A DNA stretch of 64,000 bases from Azolla caroliniana (GCA_043228905.1 JBHGNT010000013.1:6076001-6140000), one strand, 5' to 3'. Positions 12,809 through 26,700 are shown, numbered from the stretch's first letter. Program-made: numbers and translations. The notes: generated by a model not told the origin, from the sequence alone.

Positions 12809-15028
12809 ATCATGACAATGACAAAACTTTCTCCACACTAGTTCAAGAGACTCGGGCAGTTGCGTTCGAGAACCAATATAAGACACAAGAGACAGAAGGT
12901 GGCAATGGGGGGAAGTTCAAATCCGATGTGAAAGATGACATCAAGACAAAGGTGTTAGAGGCAATTGACCAAAGACAAATGGATTCCTTCGCACATGTTC
13001 TAGAGACTTGGGCAGTTGTAGTTCAAAGCCAACGTGAGGCCCAAGAGACAAAAGATGATGGCGGGGAAGCGAAGGTTCAAGCTGCCGCAAATAACGATGT
13101 TAAGGCGTGGCAATAAATACATATGGATCTCTCCACACTCGTTCTAGAGACTTGGGAAACCGATGTAAGCCCCAAGAGAAGGACAATGACGATGAAGAAG
13201 CAAGGGTTGAAGCTGATGTATGGGAGAAAGAGGTCAAGCAAAGCATAGAGACGAAAGCTGATGCATGCAACAAAGAGTCCGAGCAAGGGATGACGATGGC
13301 CAAGCAAGCCATGACGATCCGAAGGATGTTATCAAAACATCCAACAAAGACACTAGTGTGTGAAGACTCTCAACTCTAACATGAGATTGTACCATGAAAG
13401 TGGACAAAGTGAGAAACATAGAGCATGGTCGCGTAAGGATCTTGAAGTGGGCATGCACTTGAAGGTACTACATGGGTAGTCAATGTCATTATTCAGATAA
13501 ACGCTTGGGGAAAACGATACAAAACAAAAATGTGTGACGGGTCAAAGTGCCTTGGGCAACGAGACGATTGGGACAAAGGTGGAACAAGCATAAAGCCTAA
13601 ACGGTTATGCTCGGAAGGAGAACAAGGGGCCATAACAACTGGTCATTGTAAAGCAAAGAATGAACGAATGATATGGTGGTGTGGGTGGCGACAATGGTTC
13701 GAGTGAAAGGAATGGACATATGCTTGAAACAGAGGAATCATACTGATCACCATAGCCGAAATCTCACACTCTCTCTTCTTGGCACATACCAGAGGACGTG
13801 TGATTTGGTGGGGGTCGATGTCGTGAAGATTTTCGGCAATGGTGAGAAAATCACGTGGAAAGAAGAAAACCGAGAAGGTGCAACGTGCACATGCATGAAA
13901 GCGGTGATGGTTACACTCATATATTACCACATTAATGTGCACATGGGTTTAAAACCTTACACCCCCAAGATAGGAGACAATTGGCATACCATTAGGCTAA
14001 GATGTTCCTTTGAAGTTTATTTTCAATATTGTACTTTTCACATTTTAATTCTCATACATGAGAGCTTGGATAAGTGACATGGTCATCATGCATAACATGT
14101 GATGCATGAATGCCAATTGGTAAACATGCATCGCATGCACTTCATGCATTCCATGCATTGTATGCATGTCCTGTACCCTCACATGCATCATATGCATGGG
14201 GGTATCTATAAAGGAAGAAAAAGGAAAAGGATGAGGGGGCGACGTACGGAATCAAGAAAACAATAATAAAATCTTAGTTAGCTTATTGGAAATGTATGTT
14301 GACTCTCAAAATTGAAGTCAAGGGTTCAATCTCTCTTTCTCTCTCTCTCTCAAAATTGGAATCTTTGTCTTTCAATCTCTCTCTATCTATCTTAAATATA
14401 ATTTCTTGCTAAAGCTAGTACAAACTTTGAATCCTTCTAGTTCAGGGCCTCGGCGGTCCTGCTTCATTTTGCGAACACGAGAGTATTTCCTCGACAACGT
14501 CCAAGACTCTGATACAATGCCATACTTGTATCCCCGCTACACTGATGAAGTAGATGCAGAGGTGCATGTGTGCACCTTCCTAACCGCGTGGCTAGCCAAC
14601 CACGTGTCCCAACGAGTAGCATAGGTTGATGCGAATGCGTCGAAAAATAGTGGAGTTCGGGCTATCCCTGGTCATGCAGGCGGTGAACTGGTATTCGCAA
14701 CACAACATGGCGGAATTCCCAAATTTCGAACAGTTGAAGGACAAGTTCCTCCGATTGTTCCATTGTCGGGTCCCACAACATCAACTGATGAAACAGTTCT
14801 ATACTATCGGCCAAGACGCCCACGACATCGTTCTGTAGTTTGTTTTTCACTTCTAGAGTCTCCAGCGCCAGCTGACACGGTCACCCCCGGAAGACGAGGT
14901 TAAGGAGCCCTTCGCGAGCCCCTGCAAACAACCTTAGCAGTGGTCTATTTTACAGGAAAGACACCCAAAGACGAGATTGGATAGTGCGTACTTTGATTGG
15001 ATAGTGCACAAACAAGCGACAACATATC

Positions 15029-18000
15029 TGTTAGAGCTAGATCCTAATGTAAGCATGAGATAAGGATATAATAGATACCAAAAATAAAAGAGGAGAGAGA
15101 CAGAAGGGTGTTGATCCACCTGACCACCCCCAAGCGAAGTGATCAAGACGGACTCGAGCCTCAATCGACATCCCATACCACCGTATTGGCGTCGAGTCAT
15201 ACCTGGTACTGGTGCGCTCGCTACAAGAGTCGACCCACCACAAGGACGTAGTCGATCAGGTGTCAAATGAGGGTACCTAGGCCTCATATTTATAGCCAAA
15301 CCTAAGGCCCCCCCAAGCAAGTTCACACTTGACCTAATGGGTTGTCCCAATCCCAAGGATTAAAAGTAATCATTCCCTTCTTTACACTCTCGTTTAACCC
15401 TCACAGTTTATCCACGTGTATAGAATACTACAGTAAAACTTACCACGAGATATTATATGGTTATGCGCGTAACATACTCCCCCTCTTTAAAAAATTGCAC
15501 TCTTGCAATGGAAAGTTAGGGAAGTTAGTTCTAAGAGTATTTTCGCATTCCCTTGTGGCATCTTTGATAGACTGATCCATCCATTTAATTTTAAATTCTT
15601 GGATTATTTTAGAACGTAAATGTTTTGTTTTAACATCGAGTATTCTTTCTGGTACATGTGGTTTAGAAGATAATTCTTCAGAAGTAACCAAAGTTTTAGT
15701 TGTAACTATATTGTCGCCAAAACCAAGAAGTTCTTTTAGATGACTTATGTGAAAAACTGGATGGATTTCAACGCCAGCAAAAAGAGCGAGACGATAGGGT
15801 GATGAACGAATGCGTTTGAGGACTGTAAAAGGTCCACAAAACCATGGGGCTAACTTAGCGCACTTACCCGTAAACAATGTCTTAGAATTGTGAGGTACAC
15901 GTAAAAATACCTTCTGTCCAGGGTTAAATACACGAGGTTGCCTATTATGATCAACATAAAAATGAGCTCTATCTTGAGTTGTTCTTATATTATCTCGTGC
16001 AATATGCAACATATCTTGCATATCCCGAAGAAAGTTTTGTGTACTTCATAACTCATCATGATGTATATTAACATCAATCGGGGCTCGTGGCTGAAAAACC
16101 ATACATCAACATAAACGGACTATATCCCGTTGATGTATGCTTAGAGCTGTTATAAGCAAATTTCCAAAATTGGGAGATAACATTCCCATTGTGTTGGTTT
16201 TGCACCAACGTATGCTTGAAACATGTCCGCAATAATTTGATTTACTCGTTTTGTTTGTCCATCGGATTGAGGATGATCCGTGGAGCTCGTGCTCAATGTA
16301 GTTTCTAACTTCTTAAAGACTTGCATCCAAAAGTTGCTAGTAAACTTTGGATCTCGATCACTCGCAATATCCATCGGTAACCCAAAAAAATGACGTAACT
16401 CATAAACGAATTGGTAAACCAATTCAAGAGTTGTTACTGTGGTTTTAGTAGCAATAAATCTGGCCATTTTAATTAGTTGATCAACCACAACCCAGATGAC
16501 ATCATGGTCTTTTTTAGTGTGAGGAAGGCTAACAATAAAATCCATGGATATACTCTCCCACTTATTATTGGGAATGTCCAAGGGATGTAAAAGACCAATG
16601 ACTTTAAGTCGCTTGGCTTTGTTAACCTAACACTGGTGACATTTTGTCACATAGCTATGTATGTCAGGACGTATCTTAGGCTAATAGAATTGAGTGGATA
16701 TGAGAACTAGTGTGCGATGTATTCCATGGTGCCTTGTTGAGGGTGCATCATGGAATTAAAAAAGAATTCTCTTTTTTACCTCAAGCAAATATGGAACACA
16801 AACCTTCCCATTACGGTAGAGTAGACCGTTATAAATGTGGAAGGATTCCTTCGAGGTTGTGGTGATGTTTGTTCCAGACTCAACTCTTGTCCAATATTGT
16901 GCAAAATAACTGTTATCATGATACTTTCCTTGAAGGTGATCATAAAGATATGATGTTATTTCAGTGAAGCTAAGCATGTTAACTTCACGGATGCGACTTA
17001 GTGCATCAACGAAAGTGTTCATGGAACCTTTATGGTATCATATGGAAAAATCAAAGTCCTAGATAAGATCAGCCCATCGTGCCTTATGACCTTTGAGGTC
17101 TTGTTGGTCACAAAAATATTTCAAGGACTCGTGGTCCGTAGTTACCACAAAACGATTTCCATAAAGATAATGACGGCATTAGATAATGCGGTAGTTCACT
17201 CGGGAAAACATCATGAAAATCATTTAAGATTTCATCGAGTTATTGTTATTGTTATTGTTATTTAAGATAAATGACCCGAGACACTATCAATATTATAAAT
17301 GTGAATGTTCGGATCAAGTACACAATAAAATAAAGAAGAACACGACAACTCAGATATTGATGGAGAGGAAACAATCAAAAGAGATTGTTTTTTAACACAT
17401 TGAATAAAATGAGTACAATCATTCAATACAAAAGTAATTGAATGGTGAACCCAATCAATAAATAAAGAAGAATTTTTATTATAAAACCAGGGATAACCTA
17501 GTATTACATCAGTGGTAAAAAGATTCATTACATGGAAGTCTACTTCCTCTATATAAGTATTAATATAAATTCCTAATCAATGAATCGCCCCGTTGATGTA
17601 TTGTACTTTTCCATTAGCCAAGTGCACCTTATAGGTGTGATCACTTACGGTGGGTTGGATTTCCCATATTTGAACCAAACGATCATTCACAAAGTTGTGT
17701 GAGCTTCCCGAATCAAATAAGAATTGCATGGGAGATCCATTGATATACCCATTTGCATGTAGTAAATCATTGGGTCCCAATACATAGTGAGGGAAAGAAC
17801 ATTTACAATTACTTAGATCATGTGTATAGACCTCACGGACATCAGGAAGTTGACCTTTATGGTTTGCAACTTTGGCTTTGTTGTTGTGCTCTTTTCGTTG
17901 GAGCTTCCGACATTGCTCTTTTATATGACCCTTCTTTTTGCAGAATACGCAAAAAGGATTTTGTCGCTTATAATCGCGATCCATGAATTCATTCGGTGTC

Positions 18001-20922
18001 TTGTGTTTCCCAACGAATTGCGACTGCTTAGTCCCAAGCGCTTCGGGTTTGTTATGGTCCTTCTTCGAAGTGCGTTGATAACGAAGAACAATTTCAATGG
18101 CCTCTTCGAAGGATTTTGGATCCTTATTGTGCACTATCCAATGATAATCCGAATTAGGGATGCCATTGATAAAACAAGTTATCAACCAATTGTCCCCTTC
18201 TAGACTTGATTTTTGGATTTGGGTTCTAGCATGGTGAACATAGTCCTCTAGCGAGGAAAATTTCTGGCTATAGAGGTTCATTAAAGCTTGTATTGCCTTG
18301 GTTCGAGATGGAGGTTGCAAAAATTGACCCTTGAAAACATTGACAAAGTCTGCCCAGGTATCTGGAAATTTCCCCATAGTGCACAGCTATCGGGCGGCGG
18401 CCTTACCCCCTAGTTCTCAATCGACCTATACAATCTTTGTACTATCGGGCTTGGGATAGAACTCAAAATGAGACTCCCATCGGCCCAGCCACATGCAGAT
18501 TGCTTCTTCAGCTCTTTCCTTTTTTTCTCCTGTAAATGGCTTTACGACAAACGATGGTTCACCTTGACACTCATCGGGTCTATTAGTATCACGTTGTATA
18601 CTAATGGCACATGCCTCGAGAGCACTATGAGATTGTTGAAGTTCAGAAATCTCATGCAAGGTAGAATTAAGGAAATTTTGTATTTGTAAAAAATATGAGT
18701 CAATGGGGATTGGCCCAAGAGGATTTCCTTGAATTCCTTCCGCTTGGGCGGATGTCATCGGGTTGTTATTATGCGCCATTGAATGATAATTTCTAGTGCA
18801 GAAATAGTATAAGGTCAGACAAATAGTCATAACATCATGTCCTGATGTAAACATACCATGGGCAAACGTTAATCGATATCATGATCTCACGTCAATACCC
18901 CTTTAATGTATGAGATGAGGTTCCAGATCAAGTTACTATGGTAACACAAAGGTATTTTAAAAACCATGGGGGTGACAAATGAATGTCTTTTCCTGATCTC
19001 TGTATCGATTTTTTCATGGCGGCTCCCCAAGGCTCACCCATGTATGTTCACGTCATGAATAGTTTATACACAAAAAAATGTTAACAATAAACCATGTCTC
19101 TGTGCCCACCCATGTGGTTTCAGCTCTTGAAGTCCTATTAAGAGGACCCCGAAGTGCACTTAGACCTAAAGTCTAAACATGTTTTATAGACATATGTATC
19201 AATAATGTTGTATGGTCTTTCTCATATTTGAACTCGAGACCTCAAGAACAAAGCCATTAAACACTTGAGCTAACCAAATAGTTTACTCCTTTTGATTGCT
19301 TAATATTTATGCGTATGAAAGATATGTGAAGGCATTTGCCCATATATGTTTTTTAAATGAAAATATATGTGGCGAGAAACCTTATTCCCCCTCGTTAACA
19401 AGAAAACTATGTTGGTACGTTACCCAACCTCAAGGCTCATCATTACGATGACATACCCAAAGTGCAACCTAATGGTCAAGCCACATGAGCCCTCTTTTCA
19501 TAGTAGGCCCACGTGGCCCATCACATGGTTACATCATTACGAATGCCTTTCGTAATGATGATCTCAAGGTGGCATCGTAACCATGTAACGAGGGACGGAT
19601 GTTGGATGCTTGTGTCATGGGATCGACCTTACTTGAAGTGGGTCAACTCTCAACATCATTGTGGCTATGATTGTTTCGTTATAATGCGTAGTAAAATCAA
19701 AGTGACCAACGGGGATGAAAACAAAAGAAATAGTTGAAAAAGGATGGAGACTATGCCATTCTCACAAAAATGTGAGGACGGCCACCAAGATCCTTTCCTC
19801 GAAAATGACAATGTTCGATATACAAAATCACGTAATAAAAATTAATATACACATATTTATGTTTGTTGCATGTATACGATTAAATACATATACACGGGAT
19901 TACATATGGATATATTAAAAAATCGTACGATAACATAGCCAACGAATGATGTAATTGAGATACGTAATCGAGGCATATAGCCTCTATGCACACAAAACAT
20001 CCAAAAATAAGGGTGAATGTAATGCGCAATCGAGGTATTCACCTCTTACGGATATAACACAAATCGCATATCATTTAGATAGAAATCAAGGTATTGACCT
20101 CATACGCGTACGTAACATATGTATGTGAGCATAACATGCAATTGAGGTATTAACCTTGTATGCATACGACACAAATCACATATCAAATATATGTCAAATG
20201 AGGTATTGATCTCGTACACATATGTATACGTTCTATACAACCAATTATTACCACTATAACATAATTGAATCAATGAAAAAAAATTACATATTGACTATAC
20301 ATTATTAGATTGGGGGAAGAAAGAATAGAAACAAAATCAAGAAAGAGTTACCGAAGTTCATTTGTTGATAGCTATCTGGATCAAGCTCAATCGCATATCG
20401 ATCAATCGCCATCCAACAAAAAAATCAATCAAAAAACGAAAAATTAGAAGAAAAGCTCAGATACCAAATGTTAGAGCTAGATCCTAATGTAAGCATGAGA
20501 TAAGGATATAATAGATAGAAAAAATAAGAGAGGAGAGAGAAAGAAGGGTGTTGATCCACCCAACCACCCTTGAGCAAAGGGATCGAGATGAACTCAAGGC
20601 TTGATCGGCTTCCCATACCACCACCATGGGTCGAGTCGTACCTGGTACTAGCACGCTCGCTACAAGAGTTGACCCACCACAAGGACGAAGTCTCAATGTA
20701 GTCGAGAAGGTGTCAAGTGAGGGTAGCTAGGCCTCATATTTATAGCAATACCTAAGGTCCCCAAGCAAGTTCACACTTGGGCTAATGGGTTGTCCCAATC
20801 CCAAAGATGAAAAGTAATCATTCCCTTCTTTCCACTCTCGTTTAACCCTCGCTCTTTATCCACATGTATAGAATACTACGGTAAAACTTACCATGGGATA
20901 TTACATGGTCATGCTCGTAACA
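15029..20922 (-). mobile_element. Ty3/gypsy chromovirus with both LTRs (15029-15474, 20469-20922); RT deleted
   Basis: LTRs TGTTAG...GTAACA; TSD ATATC/ATGTC; PBS TGGTATCTGAGC (tRNA-iMet type); PPT AAAGAGGGGGAG; gag with CVFCKKKGHIKEQC; protease LFDSGS; integrase (SMDF, HPQSDGQT, GPF); chromodomain PERILD...FKIKW; no RT motifs. Confidence 0.92.
19960..20230. repeat. Degenerate ~60-bp tandem repeats in the long 5' leader of the chromovirus
   Basis: Recurrent AATC/TGAGGTATT(G/C)ACCT core, about 5 copies. Confidence 0.6.
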
Positions 20923-22199
20923 ATGTCCATGACCGCCTTGCAGCAAGCCCTGCCCAAGGACGATGAATTGTGTTTCTGTCAAGTAGTTCAATGCACAACA
21001 TGTCTCAACCCCGATCATTCGGTTGTCGAATGTACCCTAAGGTTGCACTACCCAATAAGCCACCCTAGGGCCCATACATTGGAACAATGTGAATATAATC
21101 TCCTGAATCAACCCGTGGCATCGGTTCGATGAATCCAACCATAGAACAACCGATGACAGCCGGATGATTGCATCCGACAATTAGGCCGATATAGTGACAA
21201 GGAGCATCCTCGATACAATGAAAGACCCCGATAAGAAGAAGATTGGTATTGGGAAGACGACTATAGTCGGGAAGATGACTACCGATGCGAAGATCGATAC
21301 AACAATGGGTACGCACCTCGATACGACAATCGGCAACCTACGAACAATAGGGGCTGTCACGCCGAACCCAGAAACTATGGGGAGCAATCGGCGACCTCAA
21401 AATCCTCGACAGATAGATGAAAATCCTGACAACGACCGACGAGGGCTACTGAATACCAACCGATGAGATAATCGATGAAAGCCCTGTTATACGTGGCAAT
21501 ATTAGTACCAAACTCGACCCCAAGACAAACCCGAATGACAAACAGAGCTAGTAGCCCCACCAGTTGTCGAACGAGGCGAGACGAGCCTGCATTGCTTTGT
21601 TTGCCAACAACCTAGACACTATGCCACTCAATGTTCACAACGGGACAAGGGTAAGGAACCGGAAATCAACACCATCACCGCGGAGGTGCAACAGGTCACC
21701 TCGCGTAGCAAAGCCAAGGCATCAGACTAGGAAGTCTAGGATGAGATCAGGAAGGTCACGAAAGCGTTGATAAAAAAAACGAATGACAAGAGCACAAAAC
21801 TGGTGTAAAAGAGTACGTGTGCGGAAGCGTATGTGTAAGATACAGAGTGCAATTGGTTATTCGAAAATACGATGGTTAGGTAAACGCAAAGTTGAGATGA
21901 GAGAGAGAGAGAGAGAGAGAGCGAGTCCCTATCTACAAGCTCACCGGTACCGTAAAACCATTTCGAGATGGCTCCTCATGAGTAGAGCTAATCATTTGAC
22001 TTATGGAGCCTAGTTGCATAGCTCTTATTGCAACCAGGCCCTCTCGTTTCCCGGTATGCGACTACCTTTCCCCAGGCAAGAGGCAACAAGATGTCTGGAC
22101 ATGCCACAGTAGAAACACACGTTGTTGTCTCGTCGATGTTGTCGTTGTGCACTTGACAATGATCGGGGCCCCACTTTATCCACATCCATTGGTGTAGGT

Positions 22200-22710
22200 G
22201 AATTAGTGGTTGGGACTTAGTTTAGGACATATGGCAGAGTTGGAGATTGAGAGGAAGAAGGCCAAAAAGAAGATAGCCCAAGCCTTAGTACTCGGGTTGT
22301 ACGCTCCTCTTGACGGAGCTCGAAGAGGTGGTTATCACAATGTACTGTCTGTGTTATTGCTTCATTCAACAAAGTTGACTCTGAAAAATTGAGTAATAAA
22401 ATTTTTAAATCACCTCTCAATCCCCGATGGAATTGATCACATAGGGCTTGATCGCCCCACCCCACACCGCAGGCAAGTTGGCGGAATTCAGAGGCGTAGG
22501 TGGAGGATGCATGATTACTTTGTTGTAGGGAATAGATCTTAGTGAGCGCAACTCGGAGTTGGTCTATCTCCACAAAAGTAGCTTCAAACTCCTTTCAAAA
22601 GGCTGGGAAATCTTCCAAAAGTGGTGATGCTATTTCCACCAAGGGAGCAAACCACGTGTCCGTTGGTCCCGTCAGGTTTGAACTTTGTTCCTGGAGGATG
22701 CAGAACATCG
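22200..22710 (-). pseudogene. Tcn1-like gag fragment
   Basis: ASTYASEFRQLAC...WGDQAL..QF.RGLR.DLK parallels ORF 10876..11082. Confidence 0.75.
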
Positions 22711-23754
22711 AACCTAAGAGACCGACATGGTGGAGCCTTATGATGTTGTCGTGAAGTTGATGCTTCACGATGTCAAAACAATGTCAAAAATATATAGAAA
22801 TAAATTTCCCATCTAGAGCTTATGGCGAGGAGCATGTAGGAATTTTCAGTTCATGAATCGAAGTTCAGAAGCCCAAGATACAGCCTACAGAAGGATCAAC
22901 GTTACCTTAAGATCACACGGGACAAAACTACAATTATATCAAAAGGGGGAGTTCAAAATTTAAATGAGGATGATTTTGTAATTTCTCGAATGTAAAAGTA
23001 TAAAATAGAATTTGTAAATAAATAAATAAAATAATATTATAATAACTGCTTGCATGAGGCGGCACGTCGTTCCATCTTGCCTCTCATCTTATAGAGCTGG
23101 AGATCACGGTTCTGTCCGGACGGGAAATGAAGGTGCATGCCGGATTGTCGGCATAGGAGACGTGTGGTTAACGACATCAACCGGGTGCAAATTGCTGCTG
23201 AAAGATGTACGACACGTTCCGGAGGTTCGGTTGAACCTGATATCAGTTAGTCGACTAGATGATGAAGGCTACACGGGTAGCATCCGGAACGGAGTCATGA
23301 AGTTTTGCAAAGGAAGCCTGGTCGTGGCCTGAGCCCGGAAGATCAACACACTATACTTGATGCATGCCCGGATTTGCCGAGAAGAAGTGAATGTGGCATC
23401 CGACAATGCCGGTAAGCTATGGCACAAGAGGTTGTGCCACATGAGCCAAAAGGGAATGCACAGACTTCCGAAGATAACCTCATTCCGGAGGTGAAAGACG
23501 TGCAGGTTGAGAAGTGCACCGACAGTTTGGCTGACAAGCAAAACCGAACCTCTTTCCGGTCGAGACCACCGACGAGACAGAATGCACCGCTGGAACTTGT
23601 GTGTACCAATGTATGCCAAGTAGACACGAAGTCACATGCCGGATCACAGTACTTTGTGACATTCATAGACTACCACAACCGGAAGTTGTGGGTCTCACCG
23701 CTGAAGAAGAAGGACCAAGTATTATCCATCTTCAAAGAATTCCACGTGAGAGTG

Positions 23755-26700
23755 TGTGAAAGATTGCTTGCGGAAGCGTTAGAAAGAACAATACAGAGAG
23801 AGAGAGAGAGAGAGAGGGAGTACGAGGGAGAGACAGAGAGAGAGCAAAACACTCTATTTTTCAAAATTATATGAATACGTTGTGTTCTGTATCTACAACG
23901 CGCTCATTAGCGCTATTTATACAAGTCCACACGGGACTGTTAGAAGTACGATGTACTTCAATGCTCACACGAGCATCTGACACTAACTACGAGACTATAA
24001 CCGCCTAGTAGTCTAACCTATACTAGGCTTCCGGTTACGGATTGGATCCGGCATACTGGCTCCCCAGCTCACCGGTCCTTACAGCTTACCGGCTCAGACT
24101 TATTCAGCCGATCCGGCTCTGGTTGAGCTTGCCGCTCAACACTCCCCCTCAAGATCAACCTGAGGTAGGGTCGTAGTGTCAACCTCTCTGGCAGCCGGTT
24201 CTTCCAACCGACTTCTCCTGGCGTCGCTTCGCCTTGCTCGCGCTCCTTGTCCGGTCCGGTCCGGTCTAGTCCGGTCCCGTTTGCCGCGACCCCTTTGGTT
24301 CTGCGCGCCTTGACCTTCGGCATGTCTGCTCAATAGGCCCATCTCAGCTCCTTCACTGCTATGACTCCGACGCTTGCCGATCCGTCGGTTCCTCCGTGAT
24401 GGCATCGACTTCCGCTGCATCCGTGTCTGATTGTTCTCTCGTTGATTTGACTCATCCGGATCCGTCTGTTGATCCGAATCGACTGTCTCCGACTCGTTCT
24501 AGCTCTTGTCCGAATCGGTATCCTTCGATTCAATTTTCGGCTTCAGGCCTCTCACCACATCGGACCACGTCTGGGTCTTGGCCTTCTCCGTGCTTCCCTT
24601 GGCTTCTTCAGCCGGTTCACCGAAGTCGAATTCTTTATTCGACTCCGCATCATGGCCATTACGATCGTGATGACCTCTGCATAGCATGCCCTTCTCCTCT
24701 TGAGTATACACTTCTTCTTCACAGCCGCTCACTCCGACCTGTTCGGATGTGCCGACTTCCTTCGTCGACTCGGCTTCATTTTTCTTCTTGTCTCCACCTC
24801 TACTAGTTCTTCTCTTACCTACGGGTTTAATAGTTTTTTTGCCTTTGCCCGTTTCGGTAGTGTCTTTGCCCTTGCGTCTCCCCCTCAAGTGCGGCATGTC
24901 GAGGTGCTGAACACCAAGCATTTCGGTAAAGTGTTGCAACTTGTCCGACCCAAGCGGCTTGGTGAAGATGTCGGCAACTTGCTGATCCGTGTGAACATAC
25001 CGTACTTCAACTTCACCGCTCAGGACCCGCTCACGCACGAAGTGATAATGCACTTCTATGTGCTTTGTGCGAGCATGGAACACATGGTTTTTGGCGAGCT
25101 GCATGCTGCTGAGGTTATCGCAATAGATCAGGATCGGGGTCGGTACCTCGATCCGCAGATCTTGCAGTAGTCGTCGAAGCCAAATGGCTTCGTAGGTGGC
25201 AACGGTCGCGCCTCAGTATTCAGCCTCAGTGCTGGATAGAACCACTGTTGGCTGCTTTTTGCTGCTCCACGCAACAGCTGCGCTCCCAAGAGAAAACATA
25301 AAGCCGGAAGTTGAGCGACGATCCATTGCATCGCTAGCCCAGTCGGCATCCGTGTAGCCGACAAGCTCTTGGGTTATACCTTGCCGGTATAAGAGCCCCC
25401 GGTCCCTAGTGCCACTTACATACCTCAGTATTCGTTGCGCGCACTGAAGGTGCTCCACGGTTGGCTTCTGCATGAATTGGCTTACCACTCCGACCGGATA
25501 GCTAATGTCGGGTCGGGTGATGGTCAAGTACATCAGGCTCCCGACTATTTGTTGGAACCGTTTCTCATCGCAGGCTGGTCCGGAGTTGGGACCGATCTTC
25601 TGATTCCAGTCTAGGGGTGTGGAGACAGGTCGGCATTCCGTCATGCCGAACTTGAACAACATATTCAACACATAATGGCGTTTAGAAAGCAATATGCCAT
25701 CCGGGGTGCAGATCACCTCGATCCCCAAAAAATAATGAAGGTCCCCCAAGTCCTTCATATCGAATGCGGCAGACAACTAGGACTTGACGCGGTTGATTTC
25801 CGGAAGACCTAGGCCGGTGATGACTAAATCATCAACATAGAGTAAAATACATACCGGACCGTTTGAGCCTTGACGGATGAACAGGGAAGAGTCCAACTTA
25901 GAGGCAACAAACCCCATCTTTCGCAACCAGTGCGTGATCTTAGCATTCCAAGCACGGGGGGCTTGCTTCAAGCCGTACAATGACTTCCTCAGCCGGCACA
26001 CCGCCGACTTGTTCACCTCCGACTAAAATCCGGGGGGCTGAGTCATAAAGACTTCTTCTTCAAGATCTCCTTGATGGAAGACATTCTTCACATCCATCTG
26101 ATGAAGATGCCACCCCCTTGCCGCAACAACCGCCAGTACCACACGAACCGTCGTCATCTTCGCTACAGGAGCGAAGGTCTCGTCGTAGTCGATTCCGTGG
26201 GTCTGCGCATATCCCTTTGCCACTAACCAGGCCTTGTACCGGTTGACTGTACCGTCGACATTATACTTTACCTTGTAAACCCACTTGCATCCGATCGGTT
26301 TACAGTGATGGGGACGGGTTGGCATCCAGTGCCCACATTTCTTCCTCCATAGCGGCACGCCAATTTGCGTCCTTTGCCGCTTCTGCGTAGCTCTCCTGTT
26401 CACGCACTTCCGCGACCTTGGTCATGTACGCATAATGATGCGCCATGTACTCGTTACACCCGTACCGTTTAACGAGATCCTTTTGGAGGGTGGACCGACG
26501 TAACTAACTGTTACCCGGTATGAGACCCTTCTTGGCCGGTTCGGTCTTCGTTCCCGAAGATCTGCCTATGTCCTTGCCGAAGTCAGATACGCACCGATCC
26601 GACTCATCATTGCCGGTCTCGAATTCCGTCATCTTCTGCTTCCCTTTCTCTTTGCGTGTGAACCGTCTCCTCGGTTCCTTGCGCGGGGAGAGCATGACAG

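Larger units (their letters stand above)
5799..14496 (+). mobile_element. Ty3/gypsy element, Phygy-like, internally deleted; LTRs 5799-6477 and 13819-14496
   Basis: Two similar ~679-bp LTRs TGTCGTGAAG...CTCGACA; 4-bp TSD ATGT/ACGT; PPT GGTGGGGG before the 3' LTR; gag 5' part (~6533-6965) homologous to gag at 37070+; no own pol seen. Confidence 0.9.
4612..21800 (+). mobile_element. Outer truncated non-chromovirus Ty3/gypsy (Tat/Athila-like): LTR end, PBS and gag. Partly duplicated in tandem and split by two nested LTR elements (own sequence 4612-5798, 14497-15028, 20923-~21800)
   Basis: LTR end ...TAACA then TGGCA(T/C)(G/A)CC PBS-like motif at 4701 and 5448; gag motif SLDGWAVNWYSQH..F..LKDKFLRLF; sequence resumes exactly after each nested insertion; CCHC knuckles at ~20990-21100 and ~21590-21635. 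Confidence 0.7.

Noticed and set aside
22740-23050. Hairpin TCGTGAAG-N6-CTTCACGA and adjacent AT-rich segment as an element end
   Set aside because: No partner terminus or TSD; cannot be assigned
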